The position numbers and the translations under genes are program-made. Below the pieces are notes generated by a model. That model saw only the letters and a list, made by a program, of their open reading frames with translations, was not told where the DNA came from and ran no database searches. 29,090 nt of DNA from positions 1 through 29,090 of the forward strand of contig CABUAP010000001.1 in NCBI GenBank assembly GCA_902489675.1, written 5' to 3'. Of this stretch, positions 18,575 to 27,218 are shown in pieces (position 1 is the stretch's first letter; each line of letters opens with the position of its first letter). This stretch comes from an uncultured Azospirillum sp. (lineage in GTDB: Bacteria; Pseudomonadota; Alphaproteobacteria; RF32; CAG-239).

Positions 18575-19624
18575 ATGATCAAAAAATTGTTGCTGGCTAT
18601 ATGTTTAATTTTTTCCGCCGAGGCCAAAGCCCAGTTTGCTGCCGGTTATGCACCGGCACGGCCGGAACCGGCAGAAGAAGAACAGTCTTCCGTCTTGTTC
18701 CGTCAGGCACCGGTTGCGGAAGCGCCGCGCCCGGAAGAACCGGTCAATATCAAAAAACCGACTCCCTATACCGGATCGATTCGCATTTTGGCTCGCGTTA
18801 ACGGTGACATTATTACCACCGAAGACATCAACCACCGCGTGCGCGCCTTCTGCATGACCACCGGCATTCCCTACAATCGGCAAACCAAATTGTTGATCAT
18901 CAACAAAGTCATGCAAAATACCATTGACGAAAAGCTGAAAGCCCAAGATGCGGTTCGCAGCCAAATTGAGATCAGCGAAAAAGAAATTGACAATGCCGTT
19001 AACGTCTTTTGCCAAAACAACAGCATCAAACGCAGCCAATTAAATAAAATGCTGAAAGACGCCGGCGTCAGCTTTGAGGTTTTCCGCGAACAGCTGAAAA
19101 CCGATCTCGGCTGGATTCGGGTTGTCCACCGCAACACCATGGGTGAAACGATTACCCAACCGGAAATTGAAGAAGCGCTGGCCATTGCCAAACGAGATAT
19201 GAGCAAACCCAAATTCATGCTCTCGGAAATAGTCATCCCGGCCAAAGATGCCAAACATATTTCCCAACTGGCCGCAAATCTCCGTCAAGATCCGCGTTTC
19301 GAGCTCTACGCCGCTCAGTTCTCACAAAGCCCGAGTTCGTCATCGGGCGGCAAACTCGGCTGGGTTACCGAAGGCCAGCTGCCGAGCGAACTGGAAAGCA
19401 AAATCAAACCGCTTTCGTCCGGACAGGTCAGCGATCCGATTCTTTATAACGGCGACTACTACATTTTCAAAGTTGAGAAAAAATTTGACCCGGCCGTTGA
19501 CCAAATGCCGCTGCCTACCGGCGAAGAAGTCAAAAATATGCTGCAAAACCAGAAGAACGAACGTTTTGCCGAAGAACATATGCAGGAATTGCGCCAACGG
19601 GCCATTATTGAGCTGAAAGAGTAA
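18575..19624 (+). CDS. surA: SurA-like periplasmic chaperone/parvulin PPIase
   Basis: Signal peptide, ARVNGDIIT, LSEIVIP, FS.SPS...GGKLGWV, LRQRAIIE; between lptD and rsmA. Confidence 0.85.
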   Translation: MIKKLLLAICLIFSAEAKAQFAAGYAPARPEPAEEEQSSVLFRQAPVAEAPRPEEPVNIKKPTPYTGSIRILARVNGDIITTEDINHRVRAFCMTTGIPYNRQTKLLIINKVMQNTIDEKLKAQDAVRSQIEISEKEIDNAVNVFCQNNSIKRSQLNKMLKDAGVSFEVFREQLKTDLGWIRVVHRNTMGETITQPEIEEALAIAKRDMSKPKFMLSEIVIPAKDAKHISQLAANLRQDPRFELYAAQFSQSPSSSSGGKLGWVTEGQLPSELESKIKPLSSGQVSDPILYNGDYYIFKVEKKFDPAVDQMPLPTGEEVKNMLQNQKNERFAEEHMQELRQRAIIELKE

Positions 19625-19627
19625 GCA

Positions 19628-20452
19628 ATGCTGCCCTCTCTTCGTGAAACGGTTGAAAAACACAGCCTTTTAGCTTCCAAAGCTTTGGGACAGAATTTTC
19701 TGTTAGACCGCAACATTACCGACAAAATCATTCGCCTCAGTCTGAACAGGCAGGGTATTTCTTCGTTTGCCGGTTGCAACGTCTGCGAAATCGGCCCCGG
19801 CCCGGGCGGACTGACACGAGCCGTTCTGGAAGAAAATCCAGATTCGCTGACTGTTATAGAAATGGATCCGCGCTGTATTGCGATTATGGAAGAACTGAAA
19901 GCGGAAACGACAATCCCGTTCCGCATCATCAACGGAGATGCTCTCACGTTTAACCTCCGCCGGGAAATCGAAACGCCGCGGCAGATTGTCAGCAACCTGC
20001 CCTACAATGTTTCGGTACCGCTTCTAACCGGCTGGCTCAAACAGGCCGACAGCTACCGGGCAATGACGTTGATGTTTCAAAAAGAAGTGGCGGAAAGAAT
20101 TACCGCCCCCACCCGCTGCAAAGATTATGGCCGGCTTTCGGTACTGGCGCAGCTGACCTGTAACATTACCAAACTTGTCGAATTGCCGCCGGAATGTTTT
20201 ACCCCGGCGCCTAAAATCCGCTCAACCGTACTGCTGTTTATGCCCAAAGCAGAAATTCCCGCTGCGGATTTATTGGAAAAAGTCGAAAAAGTCACTTCGC
20301 TTGCTTTTGGCCAGCGGCGCAAAATGCTACGTCAAAGCTTAAAATCAATGCCCAAACTGCTGGAGAAATTTCCGGAGCTTGGGATAGAAGCCACAGCTCG
20401 CGCCGAAGAACTGCCGCCCGAAATTTTCCTGCAGTTGGCAGCAAGTCTTTAA
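19628..20452 (+). CDS. rsmA: 16S rRNA adenine dimethyltransferase RsmA/KsgA
   Basis: LGQNFL, EIGPGPGGLT, SNLPYN, MFQKEVAERI, FGQRRKMLR. Confidence 0.98.
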   Translation: MLPSLRETVEKHSLLASKALGQNFLLDRNITDKIIRLSLNRQGISSFAGCNVCEIGPGPGGLTRAVLEENPDSLTVIEMDPRCIAIMEELKAETTIPFRIINGDALTFNLRREIETPRQIVSNLPYNVSVPLLTGWLKQADSYRAMTLMFQKEVAERITAPTRCKDYGRLSVLAQLTCNITKLVELPPECFTPAPKIRSTVLLFMPKAEIPAADLLEKVEKVTSLAFGQRRKMLRQSLKSMPKLLEKFPELGIEATARAEELPPEIFLQLAASL

Positions 20453-20599
20453 CCTCGGTCTTCCGACAGAACCGTCGGACAATGCCAACTATTTTTCAGA
20501 CAAAAATTATTTTTGTCAATTTTTGGCTTGAAAAATTGATCCGTTTGTGCTATCCGTAAGTTTAGTCTATTTATTATTAACAAAATTAAAAACAAGCAT

Positions 20600-21151
20600 A
20601 TGAAAAGACATGAAGTATTCGCAGCAATTGCGCAGAAACTCGGAACCGGTAAAAACCATTTGGGAAAATATCGGCTTAACGACGGCCGCATCTACCTACC
20701 TTATTTGCAGGAGGTTTTCAGCGGGATCAAAAAGCGCCTTCAGGAAGATCGGGGAAATTATAACCTGACGGATGAGTTCAGCAACCAATCATCTTGTCCG
20801 TGGGCTTACCTCAACCCCGAAATCAGTCTGCTTACTCTGGTTCGGCTGCTCACCCTTCACTCGGGGCGCACTTTGGCCAAAATCCGAGCCGAATGCACCA
20901 AACCGCGGATCACCGACGACATCCTGTGGCAATTTCTGGCCACTCAGATGGAAACATCAGTCGATCGGTTAAACAAAGAGATGGCAGTGCGTGACATCAA
21001 GCTCCCTTTTACCGGCAATGACAGCCATTCCTGGTTAACATTTGTCATCTGGGGGGATAATCTTTTCGGGCACGGCGATTTAGCGGAACGCGCCGATGAA
21101 ATTGCCAAAATGAAAGTCCGCGAGTTATTTTCATTGTGGATTCGTCCGTAA
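20600..21151 (+). CDS. Hypothetical protein with an acyl-carrier-protein-like C-terminal half
   Basis: 183-aa ORF with its own AT-rich upstream region and downstream terminator; GNDSH motif in an ACP-like helical pattern (by-eye comparison only). Confidence 0.7.
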   Translation: MKRHEVFAAIAQKLGTGKNHLGKYRLNDGRIYLPYLQEVFSGIKKRLQEDRGNYNLTDEFSNQSSCPWAYLNPEISLLTLVRLLTLHSGRTLAKIRAECTKPRITDDILWQFLATQMETSVDRLNKEMAVRDIKLPFTGNDSHSWLTFVIWGDNLFGHGDLAERADEIAKMKVRELFSLWIRP

Positions 21152-21167
21152 CAAACGATCCGTAGAT

Positions 21168-21203
21168 AAAAAAGAGAAGCCTGTACTAAGGCTTCTCTTT
21201 TTT
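21168..21203. terminator. Bidirectional terminator
   Basis: AAAAAAGAGAAGCCT...AGGCTTCTCTTTTTT between convergent genes. Confidence 0.88.
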
Positions 21204-21224
21204 ATTAGACCTGTCGCCCAAACG

Positions 21225-22124
21225 TCAACCTTCTGCTTTGGCCAAAGGGTGTTTGGTTTTCACCGTTTCGACCAATTGCTCGGAAATAATATGGGTATAA
21301 ATTTCGGTTGTGGAAATATCCTCATGCCCCAGCAGTTTCTGCACACTGCGCAGATCAACGCGCCGATTTAAAAGATGCGTGGCAAAAGAATGGCGCAAAA
21401 CGTGCGGCGATACCCGAGCAGGGGAAATACCGGCTTTAACCGCCAGATTCTTCAAATTTTTGAAAAAATTATCACGCGTTACATGACCCGACATCGCCGT
21501 ATGCGACGGAAACAACCATACTGACTTGCGGCCGGACAAATATTGCCGGCGGCTGACAAGATAAGCCCTGATCCGATCCAAAGCCGCAGGAGCAGCCGGC
21601 AGCAACCGTTCTTTGGCGCCTTTGCCAAAGACAAGCACTTGCTGTTTTTCAAAATCAACACAGTTTTCGGGCAGCGCCACCAATTCCGACACCCGAAGTC
21701 CGCAGGCATACATTAACGCCAGCATCGCCGCCATCCGGCAGTGGGCAAAATCATTCGCCTCTTCTGCCGCCAGCAGCAGGCGTTTGATTTCTCCCGCGCT
21801 CAAAAACTTCGGCAGCGGTTTGTCCTGCCGCGGCTGCAAAATTCCGGCCGCCGGATTCGTTTTAATTTCTCCTTCGGAAAAAAGGAATTTATAAAACTCT
21901 CTCAACGCCGATATTTTGCGGGCAATGCTTTTGGCTGCAAACCCGCGCTGAGAAAGATTCTGCACAAAAGCGGAAATATCATCCTCATCGGCTGCGGCAC
22001 AGTCTTTGCCGAAAAAATCAAGAAATTGAGCAACATCCCGGCGATAAGCGGCTACACTGTTTTGCGCCGCCCCTTTTTCCGCCGCCATCATATCCAAAAA
22101 ATCTTTCAAGCGCTGCTCAATCAT
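21225..22124 (-). CDS. xerD: Site-specific tyrosine recombinase XerD
   Basis: GLRVSEL, GKGAKER, SPHVLRHSFATHLL, LGHEDISTTEIYTH; context opposite aroK; ATG at 22124 with GGGGA RBS. Confidence 0.88.
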   Translation of the reverse strand: MIEQRLKDFLDMMAAEKGAAQNSVAAYRRDVAQFLDFFGKDCAAADEDDISAFVQNLSQRGFAAKSIARKISALREFYKFLFSEGEIKTNPAAGILQPRQDKPLPKFLSAGEIKRLLLAAEEANDFAHCRMAAMLALMYACGLRVSELVALPENCVDFEKQQVLVFGKGAKERLLPAAPAALDRIRAYLVSRRQYLSGRKSVWLFPSHTAMSGHVTRDNFFKNLKNLAVKAGISPARVSPHVLRHSFATHLLNRRVDLRSVQKLLGHEDISTTEIYTHIISEQLVETVKTKHPLAKAEG

Positions 22125-22141
22125 CGATTCCCCCAACCCTG

Positions 22142-22285
22142 TCAACGGGCAAAGGTATTTTCGATCGGCTGTTCAACTTTTTCCGGCGTAAACGGAATCT
22201 CTCTTGAAACCACCCACAGCACCAATGCCGCAATAATTGCCGCAACCGTATAGAACAAAATTTTGCCGTTGCTTTTCTGACGCAT
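22142..22285 (-). CDS. 47-aa single-pass membrane protein upstream of xerD (below ORF-track cutoff)
   Basis: MRQKSNGKILFYTVAAIIAALVLWVVSREIPFTPEKVEQPIENTFAR; GGAAGG RBS 8 nt before ATG. Confidence 0.75.
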   Translation of the reverse strand: MRQKSNGKILFYTVAAIIAALVLWVVSREIPFTPEKVEQPIENTFAR

Positions 22286-22373
22286 ATTTTTGACCTTCCG
22301 CAAAAAATCTGTTGATAAAATTTAAACTGTTTATATTATGGCAGCAAATATTTGAAATAAAGATTAACAAACC

Positions 22374-22904
22374 ATGGAAAACGACAAAATAATTTTACTC
22401 GTCGGCTTGATGGGCAGCGGCAAAACCAGTGTCGGAAAACGGCTGGCCAAAAAATTGGGACTTCCCTTTGTCGACGGTGATCAGGAAATTGAAAAAGCAG
22501 CGGGGCTGCCGCTGGTTGACGTTTTAAAATGTTTCGGCGAAGAAGAATACCGTGCCGGTGAAGCCCGGGTCATGAAAAGACTGCTTCAGGGCACGCCCTG
22601 CGTACTGGCCTCCGGCGGCGGTTCTTTTGTCCCCGCCCAAACCAGAGAACTGGCCAGACAACACGCCGTCACCATCTGGCTCAAAGCCGATGTCGATGTC
22701 CTTTATCACCGCACTGCCGGCAGAAAACATCGTCCTTTTATCGAGGGTAACGACGAACATTTAAAAAATAAACTGGAAAAATACATCCGGGAAGAATATC
22801 CCTATTATTCGGAAGCCGACATCGTGGTCGAAACGCGCGAAGAGATGGTCGACAACACGGTCGAACGCGTTATCGAAGCCATCCGAAAGTTTATGTGCAA
22901 ATAA
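22374..22904 (+). CDS. aroK: Shikimate kinase
   Basis: GLMGSGKTSVG Walker A, FVDGD.EIE, SGGG, RP lid motif. Confidence 0.95.
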   Translation: MENDKIILLVGLMGSGKTSVGKRLAKKLGLPFVDGDQEIEKAAGLPLVDVLKCFGEEEYRAGEARVMKRLLQGTPCVLASGGGSFVPAQTRELARQHAVTIWLKADVDVLYHRTAGRKHRPFIEGNDEHLKNKLEKYIREEYPYYSEADIVVETREEMVDNTVERVIEAIRKFMCK

Positions 22905-22960
22905 TCATCCCGCAACCGAATTTTTTACTTGCAAAAAATGCAAAGTATGTGTAAAAAGAC

Positions 22961-22994
22961 AGCGAATATCAAACAATTGATATTCGCTTGTTTT
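22961..22994 (+). terminator. Hairpin with U-rich tail between aroK and the rpsB leader
   Basis: AGCGAATATCAA-ACAA-TTGATATTCGCT then TGTTTT. Confidence 0.55.
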
Positions 22995-23000
22995 AACAAT

Positions 23001-23090
23001 TCACACGCAGGCGCGGCGGAAGCTCATTTGAACATTCGCTCCGGTGCTTGGTCGGCCAAGCCAGAATGCCTGCGGAGGTTTAACCGGAAA
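23001..23090 (+). ncRNA. Putative ribosomal protein S2 (rpsB) leader RNA
   Basis: CACAC followed by CGCAGGCG pairing with TGCCTGCG, then GGAGG..TAACC, the layout of proteobacterial rpsB autoregulatory leaders. Confidence 0.65.
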
Positions 23091-23104
23091 AAAGGATATA
23101 TAAA

Positions 23105-23911
23105 ATGTCACTTCCTAAATTTACAATCCGCCAGATGATTGAAAACGGCGTTCATTTCGGTCACCACGCTCGTCGTTGGAACCCGAAAATGGCCAGTTAC
23201 ATCTATGGCAAAAAAGACAATGTTCACATCATCGACCTGCAGCAGACTTATCCGATGCTCTACACCGCTTTGAATGCCGCAAAAGAAATTGCTGCCAACG
23301 GCGGCAAGGTTCTGTTTGTCGGTACCAAAAGACAGGCTCAGGATATCATCCGCGAAAACGCCGAAAGATGCGGACAGTATTATGTCAACTATCGCTGGCT
23401 CGGCGGTATGCTCACCAACTGGAAAACCGTTTACAAATCAATTTCCCGCTTGGTAAAACTGAACGATATGTTCGAAAACAACACCACTGAAGGCTATACC
23501 AAAAAAGAACTGCTCAACCTGCGCAAAGAACAGGAAAAGCTGGCCAAAGAATTGACCGGTGTTATGAACATGGGCGGACAGCCGGATCTCTTGTTCGTGA
23601 TTGATATGCCGAAAGAAGATTTGGCCATCAAAGAAGCCAAAAAGCTCGGCATCCCGGTTATCGCCATTGCCGATACCAACGCCGATCCGTCATTGGTTGA
23701 CTTCCCGGTTCCGGGTAACGATGACGCCATTCGTGCCATTCAGTTCTACTGCGAACTGGTATCTTCCGCCGTTTTGGACGGTATCCAGGCCGAAATCGCT
23801 GCTCAGGGTGTTAAGGTAGAAGAAATTATGGCCGAAGGCGATGCCAAACCGGCTAAAAAGAAAGCTGCCAAAGCTTCTGCGGAAAGCAATGAGGAAGAAG
23901 CTGCCAAATAG
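23105..23911 (+). CDS. rpsB: 30S ribosomal protein S2
   Basis: [37 protein letters not shown]. Confidence 0.99.
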   Translation: MSLPKFTIRQMIENGVHFGHHARRWNPKMASYIYGKKDNVHIIDLQQTYPMLYTALNAAKEIAANGGKVLFVGTKRQAQDIIRENAERCGQYYVNYRWLGGMLTNWKTVYKSISRLVKLNDMFENNTTEGYTKKELLNLRKEQEKLAKELTGVMNMGGQPDLLFVIDMPKEDLAIKEAKKLGIPVIAIADTNADPSLVDFPVPGNDDAIRAIQFYCELVSSAVLDGIQAEIAAQGVKVEEIMAEGDAKPAKKKAAKASAESNEEEAAK

Positions 23912-24015
23912 TTTTTGCTGAAGATCAGCGCTCGCAACTTAAAAATGGCGGTATTTTAACTAAAAAATATCGCCATTTTAATTCAAAAACATCAGAAATT
24001 GGGGAATTACAAAAA

Positions 24016-24942
24016 ATGACCGAAATTACTGCCGCTAAGGTAAAAGAATTGAGAGAATCCACCGGTGCCGGAATGCTTGACTGCAAAAAGGCTCTGGTTG
24101 AAGCAGACGGCGATATGGAAAAAGCCGTTGACTGGCTGCGCAAAAAAGGCTTGGCCTCCGCTGCCAAAAAAGCCAGCCGCGTGGCTGCCGAAGGTCTGGT
24201 TGCCGTTGCCGTTGAAGGCAATAAAGGCGCCGTGGTCGAGGTTAACTCCGAAACCGACTTCGTTGCCAAAAACGAACTGTTCCAAGAATATGTCGAAGAT
24301 GCCGCTTTGGTTGCTCTGATGAACAACGGCGAACTCTGCGACATGAAAACTTTCCAGTGCCCGAAAGTAAACAAATCTTTTGAAGAACGCCTGACCGACA
24401 TGATCGCCAAAATCGGCGAAAACATGAACCTTCGCCGTGCCAAAATGGTTGAAGTCAGCGAAGGTGTTGTTGCACCGTACGTTCACAACGTTGCTCGCAA
24501 CAATCTTGGCAAAATCGGTGTTCTGGTTGCTCTGGAATCCAAAGCCGACAAAGAAAAACTGGCAGAACTCGGCAAACATATTGCTATGCACGTTGCCGCT
24601 TCCCGCCCGCTGTTCCTGAGCATTGCCGATGTTGATCCGGCTGCGGTTGAACACGAAAAATCAATTTTTGCCGAACAGGCCAAAGCCTCCGGCAAACCGG
24701 AAAATATCATCGAAAAAATGGTTGAAGGCCGCATTCGTAAATACTATGACGAAGTTGTGCTCGAAGAACAAGCCTACATTATGGATCCGGATAAAAAAGT
24801 TAAGCAGGTTGTTGCCGATGCCGCCAAAGAATTGGGTGCCGACATCAAAATCAAAGATTTTGTCTGCTTCAAATTGGGCGACGGTATCCAGAAGAAAGAA
24901 GAGGACTTTGCTTCCGAAGTTGCTGCTCAGCTCGGCAAGTAA
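24016..24942 (+). CDS. tsf: Elongation factor Ts
   Basis: [37 protein letters not shown]. Confidence 0.99.
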   Translation: MTEITAAKVKELRESTGAGMLDCKKALVEADGDMEKAVDWLRKKGLASAAKKASRVAAEGLVAVAVEGNKGAVVEVNSETDFVAKNELFQEYVEDAALVALMNNGELCDMKTFQCPKVNKSFEERLTDMIAKIGENMNLRRAKMVEVSEGVVAPYVHNVARNNLGKIGVLVALESKADKEKLAELGKHIAMHVAASRPLFLSIADVDPAAVEHEKSIFAEQAKASGKPENIIEKMVEGRIRKYYDEVVLEEQAYIMDPDKKVKQVVADAAKELGADIKIKDFVCFKLGDGIQKKEEDFASEVAAQLGK

Positions 24943-24971
24943 TTGCTCTCATTTCTTAAATAAGAAAAATG

Positions 24972-24998
24972 AAACGCTCCGTTTTCGGAGCGTTTTTT
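24972..24998 (+). terminator. Intrinsic terminator after tsf
   Basis: AAACGCTCCG-TTTT-CGGAGCGTTTTTT. Confidence 0.88.
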
Positions 24999-25224
24999 AT
25001 GATTCAAACGAACACAACCTACGCACAGACAGACGTATACATACTGCCCTAACCGCAGGCTTGCATAGCTTTAGGCCGGACATATGTGCTTCGGAACAGA
25101 TAATACCACTTCGTGGAAGTTTATATCGTAAATCCGCGCCGGTTCCCTCATTTCGACAACGGAATATTTACGATGATGATACGAAGGCCGTTTTGCCCCG
25201 GCTTACGCCTGATTCGCACCTAAA

Positions 25225-25959
25225 CTAATCTTTTTTAACAACCGCCTTAACCAACAGCATCATCGGACGGCGCAATTCATCTTTCATCCCCGGCAGCTCA
25301 ATCATTTCTTTTGACGGCACGGCTTCCTCAACCGCTTTCAGTTCAAAACCATTGTTCAATAATCCCATCAAAATTTGCGTAAGCGTATGATGCTGTTTGA
25401 TCACATCACAACCCAGAAAATGCGTGCGGCGTTCCCCCGGTATAAAATAGTCATCAATCGCCCAATACTGCGGCTTGCCCTCAGGGGTATAAATCCAATC
25501 TTGCCCGATTCCCGCCGTAAAAACAGGATGCTCAATATTAAAAAGGAAGATGCCGCCTGGCTTTAAGGTTCTATATACTTTTTGAAATATTTCCTCTAAA
25601 TCTTCTATATAATGCAACGCCAGATTAGAAATAACAACATCCCATTTATTTTCAGGATACTCATATTCTTGCAATCCGCAAATTTGATACTCTATCCGCG
25701 GTCCCATATTTAGTTTTTGAGCTTTTTCAATCATTTTGCGGCTCAAATCAAGCCCCAATATCTTTTTTGCCCCCTCTGTCGAAGCAAATTTGCAATGCCA
25801 GCCATAACCGCAGCCCAAATCGAGAACCGCCTTGCCGTTTAACGGAGGAAACAAAAGCTTCAGCTGATGCCATTCGCCCGCAGCGCACAAACCTCTTTGG
25901 CTGCGCGCCATCTTTGCATATTCTTTAAAGAATTTTTTATCATCATATTCATTACTCAC
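25225..25959 (-). CDS. Class I SAM-dependent methyltransferase
   Basis: VLDLGCGYGWHC motif I, DVVISNLALHY, LKPGG; GTG start at 25959 with GGAGGA RBS; 244 aa. Confidence 0.92.
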   Translation of the reverse strand: MSNEYDDKKFFKEYAKMARSQRGLCAAGEWHQLKLLFPPLNGKAVLDLGCGYGWHCKFASTEGAKKILGLDLSRKMIEKAQKLNMGPRIEYQICGLQEYEYPENKWDVVISNLALHYIEDLEEIFQKVYRTLKPGGIFLFNIEHPVFTAGIGQDWIYTPEGKPQYWAIDDYFIPGERRTHFLGCDVIKQHHTLTQILMGLLNNGFELKAVEEAVPSKEMIELPGMKDELRRPMMLLVKAVVKKD

Positions 25960-26116
25960 AATCAGTGCTCCTCCGAATTTTAACAAAACTGTTGTAACCC
26001 AAAACAACTCCAAAATCTAGAATTATTCACTTGACATTTCCCTTCTCTACGGCAAATCACGATCGAGCCATATTTTACCAAAAACGTTTAAACCATTCAT
26101 ATTAATGACAGCGCAT

Positions 26117-26150
26117 AAAAAAACAGCCCGCCGTTTTCGGGCAGGCTGTT
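26117..26150 (-). terminator. Intrinsic terminator after the paralogue pair
   Basis: Minus strand AACAGCCTGCC-loop-GGCGGGCTGTT followed by a T tract. Confidence 0.75.
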
Positions 26151-26168
26151 ATTTAACACATACAGAGA

Positions 26169-26603
26169 TCAGTTGATTACTCCTCCGCTCATCTCCATTG
26201 AGCGACGCATAATCTCACTATTGACATAGTTGAGTATTTCGGCGTCTTTTTCATTTTCCGCGGCTGTTTCTTTCAACACATCAGCCCACTTGATCAAAGC
26301 GGAAAAATCCATATCGACCAATGCCTCGACAAGGTCTTCGGGATTGGCTTCAACCAATTCGTCACTGTCAACAACCCGGTACCCGCGAGCAAACATTGCA
26401 CCGGCCACAAAATCATCAAACTGACGGATGACATCCATCGTTTGCTGTTGTTCAGCCGTCAGATTTTTATGCTGCGACATCACAATCACCGCCATCCGCA
26501 GTTTTAGACCCAAAGCGCACAACGCCTCGTCGTCCAGATCGGAAATTGTTGTGTTTTCTAATTCCTTAATCAGTTGATCAAGGTTGATATTCATCATCTT
26601 CAT
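26169..26603 (-). CDS. Hypothetical acidic helical protein (paralogue B); start uncertain among several Met codons
   Basis: About 144-aa ORF aligning without gaps over about 100 aa to the adjacent ORF. Confidence 0.75.
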   Translation of the reverse strand: MKMMNINLDQLIKELENTTISDLDDEALCALGLKLRMAVIVMSQHKNLTAEQQQTMDVIRQFDDFVAGAMFARGYRVVDSDELVEANPEDLVEALVDMDFSALIKWADVLKETAAENEKDAEILNYVNSEIMRRSMEMSGGVIN

Positions 26604-26699
26604 AATAATCAAAATTAGAGATTTTTACTATTGAGCTAAATCACAAACATTTAGCCTCAAAAAAACCGCCCGATTAGGAACGTAGATCTGCGGCAAAAG

Positions 26700-27143
26700 T
26701 CAAGACCCGATATCGCTGCCGCTGCGGCCGGCAATCTCGGTATAGACCAAATCTTTCAGAGTGTGAAACGATCCGTGTTCTCCGGGCATTTGGGTCACGG
26801 TTTCCAACTCTTCCGCCAAACGCATCAGATACAACAGGTTACATTTTTTCAGAACTTCGGCAATTTCCGCCTTATGGCCATCAATCAGCTCTCGCACGTC
26901 AACAAGGACAATAGAGCGCTTTTCCAGTTCATCATCCATCTGTTCCAGATAATGTTGAAAGCCTTTGACCATAGTCTGCTCAAAAGGCGTCATCCATTCC
27001 TGAGATGTATAAACGGAAACGATAACCTTAGCCCGAACAGCCAATTCAACCAGTTCGTCATCCGCACACTTTTGAAAATTGGTATTCACCAACTGCTGCA
27101 AAAATTTTGGAGTTTGCAGTCTTTCATCTTCTTTTTCTTTCAT
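26700..27143 (-). CDS. Hypothetical helical protein (paralogue A)
   Basis: 147-aa ORF with promoter-like TTGATT...TGGCATAAT upstream. Confidence 0.78.
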   Translation of the reverse strand: MKEKEDERLQTPKFLQQLVNTNFQKCADDELVELAVRAKVIVSVYTSQEWMTPFEQTMVKGFQHYLEQMDDELEKRSIVLVDVRELIDGHKAEIAEVLKKCNLLYLMRLAEELETVTQMPGEHGSFHTLKDLVYTEIAGRSGSDIGS

Positions 27144-27218
27144 ATATATATGTTAATAATTGGTTTAAACAAGTTTATTATGCCAAACTTTAGACAAAAA
27201 TCAATCTTTTTCTGCTTT

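Noticed and set aside
21225..22124. Tyrosine recombinase as a prophage or island integrase
   Set aside because: Size, motifs and context opposite aroK fit housekeeping XerD; no att sites or mobile cargo adjacent
24623..25228. 201-aa alternative-frame ORF extending beyond tsf
   Set aside because: Overlaps tsf out of frame, crosses its terminator and has no recognisable protein features
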